From the NCBI RefSeq assembly GCF_009914755.1, contig NC_060925.1: a stretch of 64,000 nt of DNA; one strand, 5' to 3'. Positions 1 through 12,453 of this stretch are shown in pieces. The notes under the pieces were generated by a model. It was given only the letters and a program-made list of their open reading frames with translations, ran no database searches and was not told where the DNA came from. The DNA comes from the human T2T-CHM13v2.0 reference genome, Homo sapiens. Position numbers and translations under genes: made by a program. Position 1 is the stretch's first letter. The number at the start of each line of letters is the position of its first letter.

Positions 1-119
1 TTTCTGTCTGAAGAGACTCTTCTGTAGGTGTGATTCTCCTGCAACTTAGGATCTTAGGATCTCTTGCAACTAGGAAAAGTGGAAGCTGATGACTCCTGGG
101 TCTTTTCTCGCCTTCCTGG

Positions 120-940
120 CAAGCAGTACCTAGAGGTACAGCCCCTACGTGTGCTTCTGCATTGCAGGAAAACAACCTATTCCATGGCCAGCATGATGCC
201 ATCTTGAAGTAAAACCACCATGAGGACCAATGTTTGACTCCTGCACACCAACGTGTTCGGCACAAGGTCTTTTGCAGCAAGATCTTCAAACAATGCCCAT
301 ATCATAGATAATCCTACATAGATAACCCCTCATAAAGATGCTTATCTAACCTCCACAGTGGTTACAAGTTTTTGCAAGAAAGTCTGAGAGTTCCTGCTGC
401 TTTCAGCTGAACATATTATATCCCAAAACCTTGCTATGTAAGGGATACTTTCTGAGGCTGGGCACTGTGGCTCATGCCTGTAATCCCAATACTTGGGGAG
501 GCTGAGGCAGGTGGATCACTTGAGTCCAGGAGTTCGAGACCAGCCTGGGTTTAGTAGCCTTCTCTACTAAAAATACAAAAATTAGCCAGGCATGGTGGCA
601 TGTACTTGTAGTCTCAGCTACTCAGGTGGCAGAAATGGGAGGATCGCTTTAGCCCAGGGGGTTGAGGTTGCAGTGGGCCAGGATCACACCACCGCACTCC
701 AGCTTGAGTAAAAGAGCAAGAACCTGTGTCCAAAAATGAATAAATAAATCAATAAAAGATATTTTCTGGAAGGTGGTGCAAGGACCCGCCACCATGGGGC
801 CAACTGAGACATAGTTTCTGTTGCTACATCGTTAAATTTTTTTTTTTTCAGAGAAACTGGGTTTGTCAGCCTTTTTCTTTAGCCTCTCAGCCCCCTTGGC
901 CTTAGAGGATGGGCTGCATAGACCTGATCACTGGGGAACA
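120..940 (+). mobile_element. ERV1-class solo LTR (MER67-like), split by an Alu; 5' boundary uncertain
   Basis: LTR-like text on both sides of the Alu, ending gcatagacctgatcactggggaaca. Confidence 0.5.
456..757 (+). mobile_element. Alu
   Basis: Dimeric Alu; TSD ggatactttctg / agatattttctg. Confidence 0.95.
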
Positions 941-1258
941 TGCTTCCTTCCTGTTAGTTCCAGAGGGAGCCTCCAAGAGGAGCCACAGCTCACAGGTGAT
1001 GGCATCTTTTCCTGTCATCTTCTTTTCCTGTATTTAATGATCCACCAGAATTGAAGGTCAGCTGTGGAGCCCTTGTGGTCAGGAGAGAAGCACAATTCCA
1101 AGTCCCTCTGTGGTTTCTGTGAACATTCCACTAAGGCCTTGGCTCTGTGCTGGGTGAGGAGCTGCCCTGTGTCTCTGAGGCTTGGGTAGTGCTATCAGCA
1201 CTGCCCACCCTGAACAGCTGGCTCCTTCCTTTCTCACAGAGATGACTTGTCTTTGTAG

Positions 1259-1705
1259 ATCCAGATCTGAAGACGCAACACAGCCTAAGTTCTCCTTTCA
1301 CTGCTATGGTCAGAACCTGCTTGGTTTGGAATTACAATCCTGCAGGGAGTTTCCTTTCAAGGTCCCATTGGACAGACTCCAAATGCAACCACCCGCTGTA
1401 AAATGCCAGGCTCCCGATGACATTTTCCATCTTCCTCTCCGACTGCATCTTCTGTAAGGGGCATCCAAAATTTGACTCCTTGTCCCTGGTTCTCCACTCC
1501 TCCTACTTTTCCACTGAAACTCCTCTATCATTGATCTGATTTCTGACTCCATTGAATACTTTGAAAAGTCCGCGTCTTGTCTTTCTTAATCAGATAGATG
1601 GGTGCTTTGGGGACTGGTCTTGACCTCCTCCTCTTCCTCAGGCAGTTTTAATTCCTTCTATTCCCTAAAGAGGATATTTTCAGAATGTGTTTTTACGTCT
1701 GTTTT
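1259..1705 (+). pseudogene. Possible degraded exon of the + strand pseudogene
   Basis: Acceptor gtctttgtag, donor tttt|gtgagt. The frame of ORF 1182..1457 continues with 4 stops (...LLLLFH*NSSIIDLISDSIEYFEKSASCLS*...). The antisense frame is also largely open. Confidence 0.25.
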
Positions 1706-2802
1706 GTGAGTTTGCAAACTTATCCTGTAGTTCTCAGCCTCCACAGGCTCACATGAAGCAAGCAAGCTCTCAGTAGCAACATCTCTCCTTCCTCTGACCT
1801 CATTCTGGAAGTGGGGCCTCTGCAGAAATTTTGGAGAAGGGAAGGGGAAAGCTATGACTGAGCAATGCCAAGGCAGGTACAGGAGCAGCCTCCCCTAGAA
1901 TGAATCAGAATTCTGCTTTTAAGGAGGACTAGATATGTAGTTTACAGAAATCCACCTGCTGCCTCTGACATTTTGTGAGTTCCTCAATAATCTTGCATCT
2001 CCACTTCCAGATTTGATCTTTCTTAGGTTCTTTATATTAATATATATAACATCTATTTCACATCCCATTCATTGACAGCTCATCCACTCATATATTCATT
2101 CAACAAAGTCACTGAGTGCTCACTGTCCTCAAGTCTGACCAGAAGCCTGGATCACAAGGACAGCAGCATATTCCTTGCCAGCTGGGATCTATGACACAGA
2201 GGGGAGAGAGAGGAACAGCAGAAAGGTTTTGGCCTCCTCTTCATGAAGACTTCATCTCCTCAGAGGACAGCTTAAGGCTTTTTCTTTTGTGGGGAGCATA
2301 AATGCCACCTGTACTCCAGAACTATCTGCTGTAAAAGGTTTTGAAAAGTAAAATGATATGTGCTGTATAAAAGAGAAAAGCCTTCTATGGTAGGATGGTT
2401 AAGAGGTGACTTCTCTGTTTGCCTTTCTAAAAGAAATCCTTCTTAATGGCTTTTTGATGAACCTTCTCAAATAGTCTACATAGATAAGAGCAGACATTTA
2501 TCTGACTTACATGTGGCCTGTACAAAATATTCCCCTTTGTATATTTCCAAATGGGAGCAACGTACATATTCTACAACTGCCTATTTTTCCACTTAATTTT
2601 GTCCTATATCAGCACATATACTTTATATATTCTAAGATGTGTTGCCAATGCTAAGAAAAGGACTGAATGGGAAATCGTTAAATAGGATGGCTGTTTTCTA
2701 AGAACCTATAGCTATCCACTTCTTTACACTAATGTTTCCCTAGAAAGGATTTTTAACCTCTGGATCATGCGTGGAGTACAAATGCTGTAAGGTGTAGAGC
2801 TG

Positions 2803-2805
<3 letters not shown>

Positions 2806-2845
<40 letters not shown>

Positions 2846-2865
2846 ATCTCTCTGTCTCTCTGTCT
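2806..2865. repeat. (CT)n microsatellite derived from Alu tail
   Basis: Direct read. Confidence 0.9.
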
Positions 2866-3480
<615 letters not shown>

Positions 3481-3914
3481 TAGGCTTTTGCCAAGTATTC
3501 TGTGATTAAAATAGCTAATAGTTTGATTGGTGAATGACTGGTGAATTAAGTGGATATGAAATCACCTCATGGAAGTGGTAAAATTTCAAACAAATCTTGA
3601 AGGATCTTAAAACCGTATTTATAGTTTCAACTGGCAGAGTCAGGAGGACATTCCCAGCAGAAAAACAGCATAAATAAAGGTCGGGAGGTGAGAAATATCA
3701 GAAATATAAACCCCGAGGAGGGAAAGTCCTGGTGAGTGGTCAGCTCCAGATGGCAAGGACTAGTACATTAAGGAGTGGGTGATTGTCCTTTATCTTAGGA
3801 CTCAGAAATGTAGCTGCCTCAGGGACCAGAACAAACATACAATGTAAACACATGACTAGAGGGGGCTGATACTGAACCAGGAAGCATATGCCCCAAATGA
3901 CGACATTCAAATTT

Positions 3915-4263
3915 TATATTTTATTTCTTTCCTTTTTTTTTTCCTTTTTTTTTGAGTCAGAGTCTTGATCTGTTGCCCAGGCTGGAATGCAGTGGCACGA
4001 TCTTGGCTCACTACAACCTCCCCTGCCAGGTTCAAGCGATTCTCATGCCTCAGCCTCTCAAGTAGCGATTCTCATGCCTCAGCCTCTCAAGTAGCTGAGA
4101 CTACAGGCTCCCGCCACCACGCCTGGCTAATTTTTATATTTTTAGTAGAGATGGAGTTTTGCCGTGTTGACCAGGCTGGTCTTGATTCCTGGCCTTAAGT
4201 GATCTGCCCACCTTGGCCTCCCAAAATGTTGGGATTACAGGTATGAGCCACCACACCCAGCCT
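3915..4263 (-). mobile_element. Alu with internal 29-bp duplication
   Basis: Antisense Alu; TSD tcaaatttta. Confidence 0.95.
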
Positions 4264-4597
4264 CAAATTTTATTTTTTTAAAAAATATTATTAAACAAAC
4301 CAAAATTTCTGCAGGCTGGGAGCCACCACACCCAGCCTCAAATTTTATTTTTTTTTTAAAATATTATTAAACAAACCAAAATTTCTGCAGGCTGGGTTGG
4401 CCCTCACACCATAAGTCAGCTTGGGGTATTAAGTGAAATAACATTACTCAATTTCTCTGAAGCTGAATTAGAAAGAAAAGAAACTAGAAGCAGAGTGTGG
4501 AAGAGATAATGAAGTCCCAAACCACAGACACACGAGGTAATTGTGGTAGCACCTGGGGAATGAATGGGTATGTGGGGATAGAGAATGAAAACAGGTT

Positions 4598-4897
<300 letters not shown>

Positions 4898-5029
4898 GAA
4901 TGGAAAGAGACAAAGCTGACTCCTGGGTTTCTTAAGTGGGTGGCTTGAGTGAACAATGGACATAGAGAATCTGATGCAGCCATGGTGAGTTGTAGTACAT
5001 TTGGGAACTCTAAACAGTGATATGAATAT

Positions 5030-5270
5030 TAATGATAGTAGAAAGAGTAAACAAGAATTTGGGCTCTTACTGTTTTATAAGTTTTCTATGTATTAACTCA
5101 CTGAGCCCTCAGAACAACTATGTTAGGTAGATATTAAAACTATTATTAGCCCACAGCTAACACATGGTGCAACTGAGGCCCAGAGCAGTTAACACCAAAT
5201 GCTTAGTAAAGGATGGTACTAGAATGTGAACACAGAGCAGCTCCAGGATCCACACCCTCAGCCGCTATGC
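5030..5270 (-). mobile_element. MIR remnant
   Basis: ctgaggcccagagcagttaa-type MIR core. Confidence 0.55.
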
Positions 5271-5789
5271 TCTGTATCCCCCTGGGTGGGTTGGTGACTC
5301 TGATCTAGGAGTTCAAGGCAGGGATCAGAGATGGTGACATAAACTTGAGAACCATCTCACAGAAATAAAGGCTGTCACTTCAAGAGTAGACAGTTTCCTC
5401 AGGAAGAATAGGTAGGCTCTTCAGGATGTTATTAGCACATTTGTCTATTAATATATGTCCCTCATTGAGGACAATGACCTTGTTTGTCTTACTGACTGCT
5501 GTATTTCCAGTACCTAGTATGTCGTGGATGTTTGATAAATATATGTTGAATAAGGGAATGAAATCCCAGGGAACACCATTATCTGAGGGAAGAACTCAGT
5601 ATTTAAGAACCCACAACAAGAGACAAAGAAGAACTAATGAAAAGGATAGGAGATGAATGCAAAGATTCAGTGTCATAGATGATAAGAACTTTTTTTTAAT
5701 TTTTAAAAATGGAGGACAATTTCAAGAAGACAGCAACATGGCCCATCCAACAGGAAGTCTCATAAAAGGAGCATTGAAAAGTCCACTTT

Positions 5790-6067
5790 TCTGTCTCGCC
5801 CTGTTGCCCAGGTTGGAGTACAGTGGCATGATCTTGTGTCACTGCAACCTCCGCCTCCTGGGTTTAAGTGATTCTCTTGCCTCAGCCTCCTGAGTAGCTG
5901 GGATTATAGGCGCACACCAGCACCACACCCAGCTAATTTTTGTATTTTTAGTAGAGACAGGGTTTTGCCACATTGGCCAGGCTGGTCTCGAACTCCTGGC
6001 CTCAAGTGATCCACTCGCCTTGGCCTCCCAAAGTGTTGGGATTACAGGCGTGAGCCACCACACCCTG
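5790..6067 (-). mobile_element. AluS
   Basis: Antisense Alu motifs. Confidence 0.95.
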
Positions 6068-6119
6068 TCATTTGCCAATTTACTTAAAAGTACATAGGAA
6101 AGTTTTCTGTGTTTCTAAG

Positions 6120-6265
6120 AGACTGTTCTTAAAGTTGAGCAGGGGTCAGAGATGGAAAGTGGGGAGTCCCAGAGGAATTCATCAATCAAGCTGATTGATC
6201 ATGATGTTATCATTATCAGTGTTGCTTACCAAGCTCAAGAGTAAAGGTGAAGCCAAGAAGGGAAA
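6120..6265 (+). pseudogene. Putative pseudo-exon (phase 1>0)
   Basis: ttttctgtgtttctaag| ... ggaaa|gtgagt; ETVLKVEQGSEMESGESQRNSSIKLIDHDVIIISVAYQAQE*R*SQEGK. Confidence 0.45.
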
Positions 6266-6593
6266 GTGAGTTTTTAAAGACTTCTTATTTGTGTGTTGTT
6301 ACCCTTTGCTCACAGTTCGCTTTCTTTTCTTCTTCCTGGCATTAAACATTTCTCTTCACTCAGTTTTTAGCAATTCAGTAGACTTCACTTCCTGATTCCA
6401 AATGACCTTTTTAATTTGTAAATTAATAAAAAGATAATACAACCAGTAAGTAGCCTATGCCTGAACATTTAGATGAAAAGGTAGTGTGATTTTTCTATTG
6501 TTGATACATTATATTAGTACAAATACAGATAATGTAATAGTGAATACATCAAAGTCTATTTACCTAAAAAAACCCTACCTTAATTTTTATAAG

Positions 6594-6974
6594 AGAGATG
6601 GCTTCAATTTCCCCTTCTCAAATAATTTTAGGTTTTTTTCACAGCATGCCATACACTTGAAGAAATTTTTATAGAATGCCACAATTTTATAAGCACTAAC
6701 AGGAACACTTCAGATGCTTTTTCTAGAGTTATTTTTATGACTCAGAAAAACAAAGATTCTATATATTAAAAAGTTCTTATATTAAAATGACAGCAAGAGC
6801 TGTGGAAGAAACATGGAGTAATTTATAAGAGCAGCTCGTCGATATTCACTGAGGTTACTCAAGCTTAGTGCAAGAGAATGCTAAAAACCAGCCACCTTTT
6901 GTCCTGTTACTGGTTTCATTTTCTCCATGGGAATCACGGACTCACAGGAAGCCTTTTCTAAAATTCTGTGCTGG
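6594..6974 (+). pseudogene. Putative pseudo-exon (phase 0>2, two frameshifts)
   Basis: taatttttataag| (alternative acceptors give starts at 6632 or 6645) ... gctgg|gtaatt; RDGFNFPF../VFFTACHTLEEIFIECHNFISTNRNTSDAFSRVIFMTQKNKDSI/YILKSSYIKMTARAVEETWSNL*EQLVDIH*GYSSLVQENAKNQPPFVLLLVSFSPWESRTHRKPFLKFCA. Confidence 0.5.
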
Positions 6975-7094
6975 GTAATTCAGAACCAACAGAGGCTCTG
7001 CATTGCTAAACAGTTCATGTATTCAAAACTAATGTTTAGGTGAGTGACAGTTTTTAAATCCATTACCATTAGAAAACCACAGGTTTTAAGAAAA

Positions 7095-9756
7095 TTTTAT
7101 TTTCCATTTATATTGAGGTACAATTGACATATAGTAAATTTCACCCTTTTAAGCACACAGTTCTTAGAATTTTGAAATACAGTTATGTAACCACCACCAC
7201 AATCAAGATACACAACAGTGCCATCGGCCCCTAAAATTCCCCCATGCCTCTTTTGTAACCATCCCCTCTTCAAACCGCAGCCCTTGGCAACCACTAATCT
7301 GTTTTTCTTCCTGTAGTTTGGCTTTCTTAAGAATGTCGTATAAACTGAGTCATGGAGTAGGTAGCCCTTGGTATCCTGCTTCTTTCAGCTAGCATAATGC
7401 ATGTGAGATCCATTCATGCTGTTGTGCAAAACAGTAGTTTGTTTCTTTTTATTGCTGAGTAAGGATTTTATTGTATGGAATGTACCAGTTTGTTTATCCA
7501 TTCTCCAGTTGAGAAACATTTGGGTAGTTTTTAGTTCCTGGTGATGACAGATAAAGCTGCTGCAAACATTCATGTGCATATTTTCGTGAGGATGTAGTTT
7601 TCATTTCACTTGAGTAAATGCAAAGCAGTGAGATTGCTGGGTCATACAGTAAGTATATGTTTAACTTCTTAAGAATTTGCCAAACTTTTCCAGTGTGTCT
7701 GCACCATTTCCATTTCCACCAGCAGGTATATGTGAGTTTAAGTTGCTTTGTATACTTGCTGGAACTTGGTATTTTAATTTTTTTATGTTTTGAATATTTT
7801 AGTTATTCTAATAGCTGTGCATTGGTGCCACATTGTGGTTTTAATTTGCATTTCTTTAATGACTAATTTTGTTGAAGGTATTTATATACTGACTTGCTGT
7901 CTATGTGGGATGTGTCTGTTCACATATTTGGCACAGTTTTATTGGACTGTCTCTTTTCCTATTAAATTTTGAGAGTTTCATTGAGTTGGAGAATCTTACA
8001 TATTCTGGATACAAACCCTTGACTAGAGATGTGATTTACAAATATTGCTGCTCAACCTTTGGCTTTTATTTTCATTTTCTCAGCAATTTATTCCAACAAA
8101 CAGTACTTAATTTTGATAAAATTCAATGTATCCATCCTTTCCCTTATAGATCATGTTTTGAAAATTTTAAGCTAAGAAATCTTTGCCTAAGCCATGATCA
8201 CAAATATTTTTCTCTTTGTTTTCTTCTGGAAATTATATAGTTTTAGTACTTATATTTAAGTCTATGGTCCATTTTGAATCGATTTTTGCATAAAGTATGA
8301 ATCTAGATCATTTTCTTGCATATGTATATCCAATTGTTCTAGTAACACTTGTTGAAAATTAATCGGCTTTGCACCTTTGTTAAAAATCAATTGGCCATAT
8401 ATGTGTTGGTCTATTTCTGGACTCTATTTGCTTTCATTGGTCCATATGCCTATTCTTTCTATAGTATGACACTGTCTAAACTTAGTATAGTAGGTCAGAA
8501 AATCAGGTAGTATGAGTCCTCTGCCTTTCTTCTTCTATTTCAAAATTGTTGTAGCTGTTCTAATTCTTTGCCCTTTCTAAATAAATGTTAGAATCCATTT
8601 GTCAATTTTTGTGAAAGTCCTGAGGGGATTTTAGTTGGAATTGCATTGAACCTATTGCTCAGTTTGAGGGTAAGTAACATTATAACAATATAGCATTTTC
8701 TAAATGACAAATACAATATAATATCTCCATTTTAAAGTCTTTTTAAAATTCATTTGATGAGTGCTTTGTAGTTCTTTACATACTTTGTAAGATTCATACC
8801 TAAATATTTCATAGTTTTGATATTATTGTAAATAATACTGTCTTTTAAATTTCTAATTGCTCATGCTATTGGTTGGGAACATTGATTTTTGTCTATAGAA
8901 ACACTGTATATAGAAAACATAACATTTCTACATACAGAAACATTAATTTTTGTATACTGATCTTATATCATAAAACTGTTCTAAACATACTTAGTTTTAG
9001 TAACTTTTTAATAGATTCTTTGGGAATTTTTACATAATCATGTCATCTGCAAATAGAGAGAGTTTTATTTCATCCTTTCCAAGTCTATGCCTTTTATTTC
9101 TTTTTCTTGCCTTACTACACTAGCTATGACTTCCAGTACAATGTGCAATAGGATTAGTGAGAACGTTGTTGCTGACCTTAAGGGGAAAGCATTTAGTCTT
9201 TTTCTATTAAATATAATGCTAGCTGTAGGTTTTACGCAGACGCTCTTTATCAGGTCAACAAAGATTCCTTTTAACTCTAGTTTTCTGAGAATACCAGAAA
9301 TGAATGTTGAATTTTGCCAGAGTCTTTATTTGAACTCAATGTGATAATTTTACGGGTTTGCTTCTTTAGTCTTTTGATACAGTATTTTACACTGATTGTT
9401 CAATACTGAACTAGCCTTGCATTCCTGAGATAAACTCTACTTGATCATTTTTTATACATTGTTGCATTTAATTTGCTAGTATGTTATTGAGAACTTCCCA
9501 TCCATGTTTATGACAGATACTCATCTTTCTTATAATGTGTTTGTCTCATTTTGGTATTTGGGAAATGCTGGCATCATAAGATGAGTTGGAAAGTGTTTTA
9601 CTTTTTTTTTTTAATATTCTGGAAGAGTTTGTGGAGAATTGTTACTGTTTCTTCCTTAAATATTTAGAATTCATCAGTGAAACCATCTGAACCTGGAGTA
9701 TTTTTTAATAGGAAGTATTTACTACATATTCAGTTCCTTCAGAAGACTTAAGTTTT

Positions 9757-9795
<39 letters not shown>

Positions 9796-11935
9796 TTTAG
9801 TAGTTGATGTCTTTGAAAAAATTTATCTGTTTCATCTAAATCATCAAAGTTATGGCCATAGAGTTATTCATGGTTTCTCCTCTTATTTTTATAATGTCCT
9901 TAGGGTCTGTAGTGATGTCCCTTCTTGTATTCCTGATATTTATGATTTGTGTCTTCTCTCCTTTTTCTTTGGTCAGTCTGGCTATATGTTTGTCAACAGT
10001 GTTAATTTGTTCAAGAACTAGATTTTTATTTTATTATTGAGACCTTCATCCTAACATAAGCATCTTGTGTTATAAACTTCTTTCAAGGCACTGCTTTAGT
10101 TGCAACCAAAATTTTTGATATGCTCTATTTTTATCTTCACTCAAATCAAAATATTCAATTTCCCTAAGATTTCCTCTTCACACAATCAATATATGGGATA
10201 TTGTCCAGATTTTTTTATTGATTTCTAGTTTTTTATTCATATATTCACAGATTGTATTCATTATAAGTACTTACTTTTTATAATTTCAATTTTTGAAATG
10301 TATAACATTTTATGACCAACAATATTGGCTCTCTTGAGATATGTTCCATATGTGCTTAAATATAATATCTGTTGTACTGTTTTGGGATACAGTGTTCTAT
10401 AAACATTGGTTAGGTCAAGTTGTTGACAGTGTTTTCAAGTTTTCTATATCCTTACTGATTTTCTCTCTACTTGCTATCAATTACTATAAACTGAATGGTG
10501 AAGTCTTCAGTTATAATTGTGGGTTTGTTTATTTCTCCTTATACTATTATTTGTTTTTGCTTTATATATTTTAAAGCTCTCTTTTTAGATGCATATACAT
10601 TTAGGATTATTATGGATTCTTGGAGAAATGACCCTTTTATCATCATGTAATGTTGCTCTTTATTTCTGGTAATAGTCTAGTCACTTTTCTGAAGTCTATT
10701 TTGATACTGTTATAGCTATTCCAACTTTCTTTCGACAAGTGGTAGCATAATAAATTTTTAGAATCTTTTCATTTTTAGCCTATTTATATTTAAAGTGGCT
10801 TTTTTGTGGACCATGCATAGTTGGGCCTCGCTTTTTTATCCAATCTGTCAATCTTTTTCTTTTATGTATGTTTACACCAATTATGTTTAATGTATTAATG
10901 ACATGATTAGATTAAAATGTACTATTTTGAGGACTCTCTTCCATTTTTCCTCATCTATTTGTTGTTTCTTTTTAAGGTTTTTCTCCCTTCATTTAGATTT
11001 AGTATATTGTTCATTATTCCATTTCTGTCTCTATCCTCAGCTCATTCTTTATGCATTATTTAAAATTTTTAGTGGTTTGAGTTGTTGCCCTAGACTTTAC
11101 AATATAGATTTTTAATTAATCAGAGTCCCTTCAAATAATACATACCACTTTATATATAATATAAGGACCTCACAACAATATACTTTCAATTCCTCCCTCC
11201 CATCCTTGGTATTATTGTCATATTTTACTTTTATGTATTCTAAAACATACAATATATTGTTATGTTTTCCTATAGACATCGGTTATCTTTTATAACAATT
11301 AAAATAAAAATATTTACTTTCATTTATTCTGTTTCCAGTGCTCTTCATTTTAACATTCAAGCTTCTTTCTGTGATCATATTCTTTATGCCTAAGGAACTT
11401 CCTTTAACATCTTATGTAGTGCAGCTCTGTTGGTAATACAGTTTCTTAATTTTTCTTAGAGAAAATTTTTGTTTTCTCCCTCATAACTTTTTTTCTAATT
11501 TTGGAAGAGTTTTTCACCAATTATAAAATTTGGGGTGGACACGGAGTTTTTTCCCCCAGCACTCTAAAGATATCATTTCATTGTTTTCTGGTTTGCAGAG
11601 CATCCCAAAAGTAGGCTCCTCTAACTCTTGTCAATATTCCTATATGTAATATATTTTTTCAGTTTTCCTGTTTGTCTTTGGATCTTTGGTTTTCCGCAGT
11701 TTGAATATGCCTAGTATTTGTTTCCTTACTTGTTTGCTTTGTGTATTCTAATGCTTGATGGTTTCTGAGCTTCTTGGATCTATGGTTTGCTGTCCATCAT
11801 TAATTTTTGGAACATTCTAGGCTATTCAGACATTTCTTCTCAGTTACATAAATTACTCAAGTACATAAATTTTAATCCTTTTTACATTGTCTTTCAGCTT
11901 TGAATTCTGTTCTTGTATTTTTTTCTTTTTCTTTT
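7095..11935 (-). mobile_element. Ancient L1M (L1ME/MD-like), 3' UTR through ORF2/ORF1 remnants
   Basis: Reverse-complement L1M 3' end (ttgaggtacaattgacatatagtaaa...) followed by degraded ORF2 motifs. Confidence 0.85.
9757..9793. repeat. (CA)n microsatellite
   Basis: Direct read. Confidence 0.9.
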
Positions 11936-11939
11936 CAAA

Positions 11940-12110
11940 TTAAATGTTTTATTTTGAGATAATTTTAGACTCACAGGAAGCTGTAAGAAACAGCACAGAG
12001 AGATTCCTTGTACTTTTTACCCAGTTTCTCCCAGTGGTAACAACTTGAAAATCTATAGTATAAAATCCACACCTAGAATATTGACATTCACACATTCAAT
12101 ATGTAGAACT
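11940..12110 (-). mobile_element. L1MC-like 3' end fragment
   Basis: ttttgagataattttagactcacaggaagctgtaagaaacagcacagagagattcc. Confidence 0.65.
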
Positions 12111-12121
12111 TTTTTTTTTTT

Positions 12122-12453
12122 CAGTGCTGCAAAGGTACAAAAATTTATTATCATGCAGTTTGTGGTTCAAAAGTTCAAGACTCATCTCCCTGGGATAAAA
12201 TCAAGGTGTCAGCAGAATGGAACTCATTTCTGGAGGCTCTAGGGGATAATCCGTTTTCTTGCCGTTTCTGGGTTCTAGAGGCTGCTCACCTTCCCTGTCG
12301 CATGGCCTCTTCCTCCATCTTCAAAGTCAGCAGTAGTGGGTTCAGTTCTCATGCTGCCATTTCTCTGGTCCTTTTTGTCTAATTCCCTCTCCCAGTTTTA
12401 AGAACCCCTGTGGTTCCATTGGACCCATCTGTATAATTAGGATAATGTCCCTA
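12122..12453 (-). mobile_element. MLT1 (MLT1C/D-like) LTR fragment
   Basis: aaaatcaaggtgtcagcag...ctggaggctctagggga..aatcc motifs. Confidence 0.8.
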
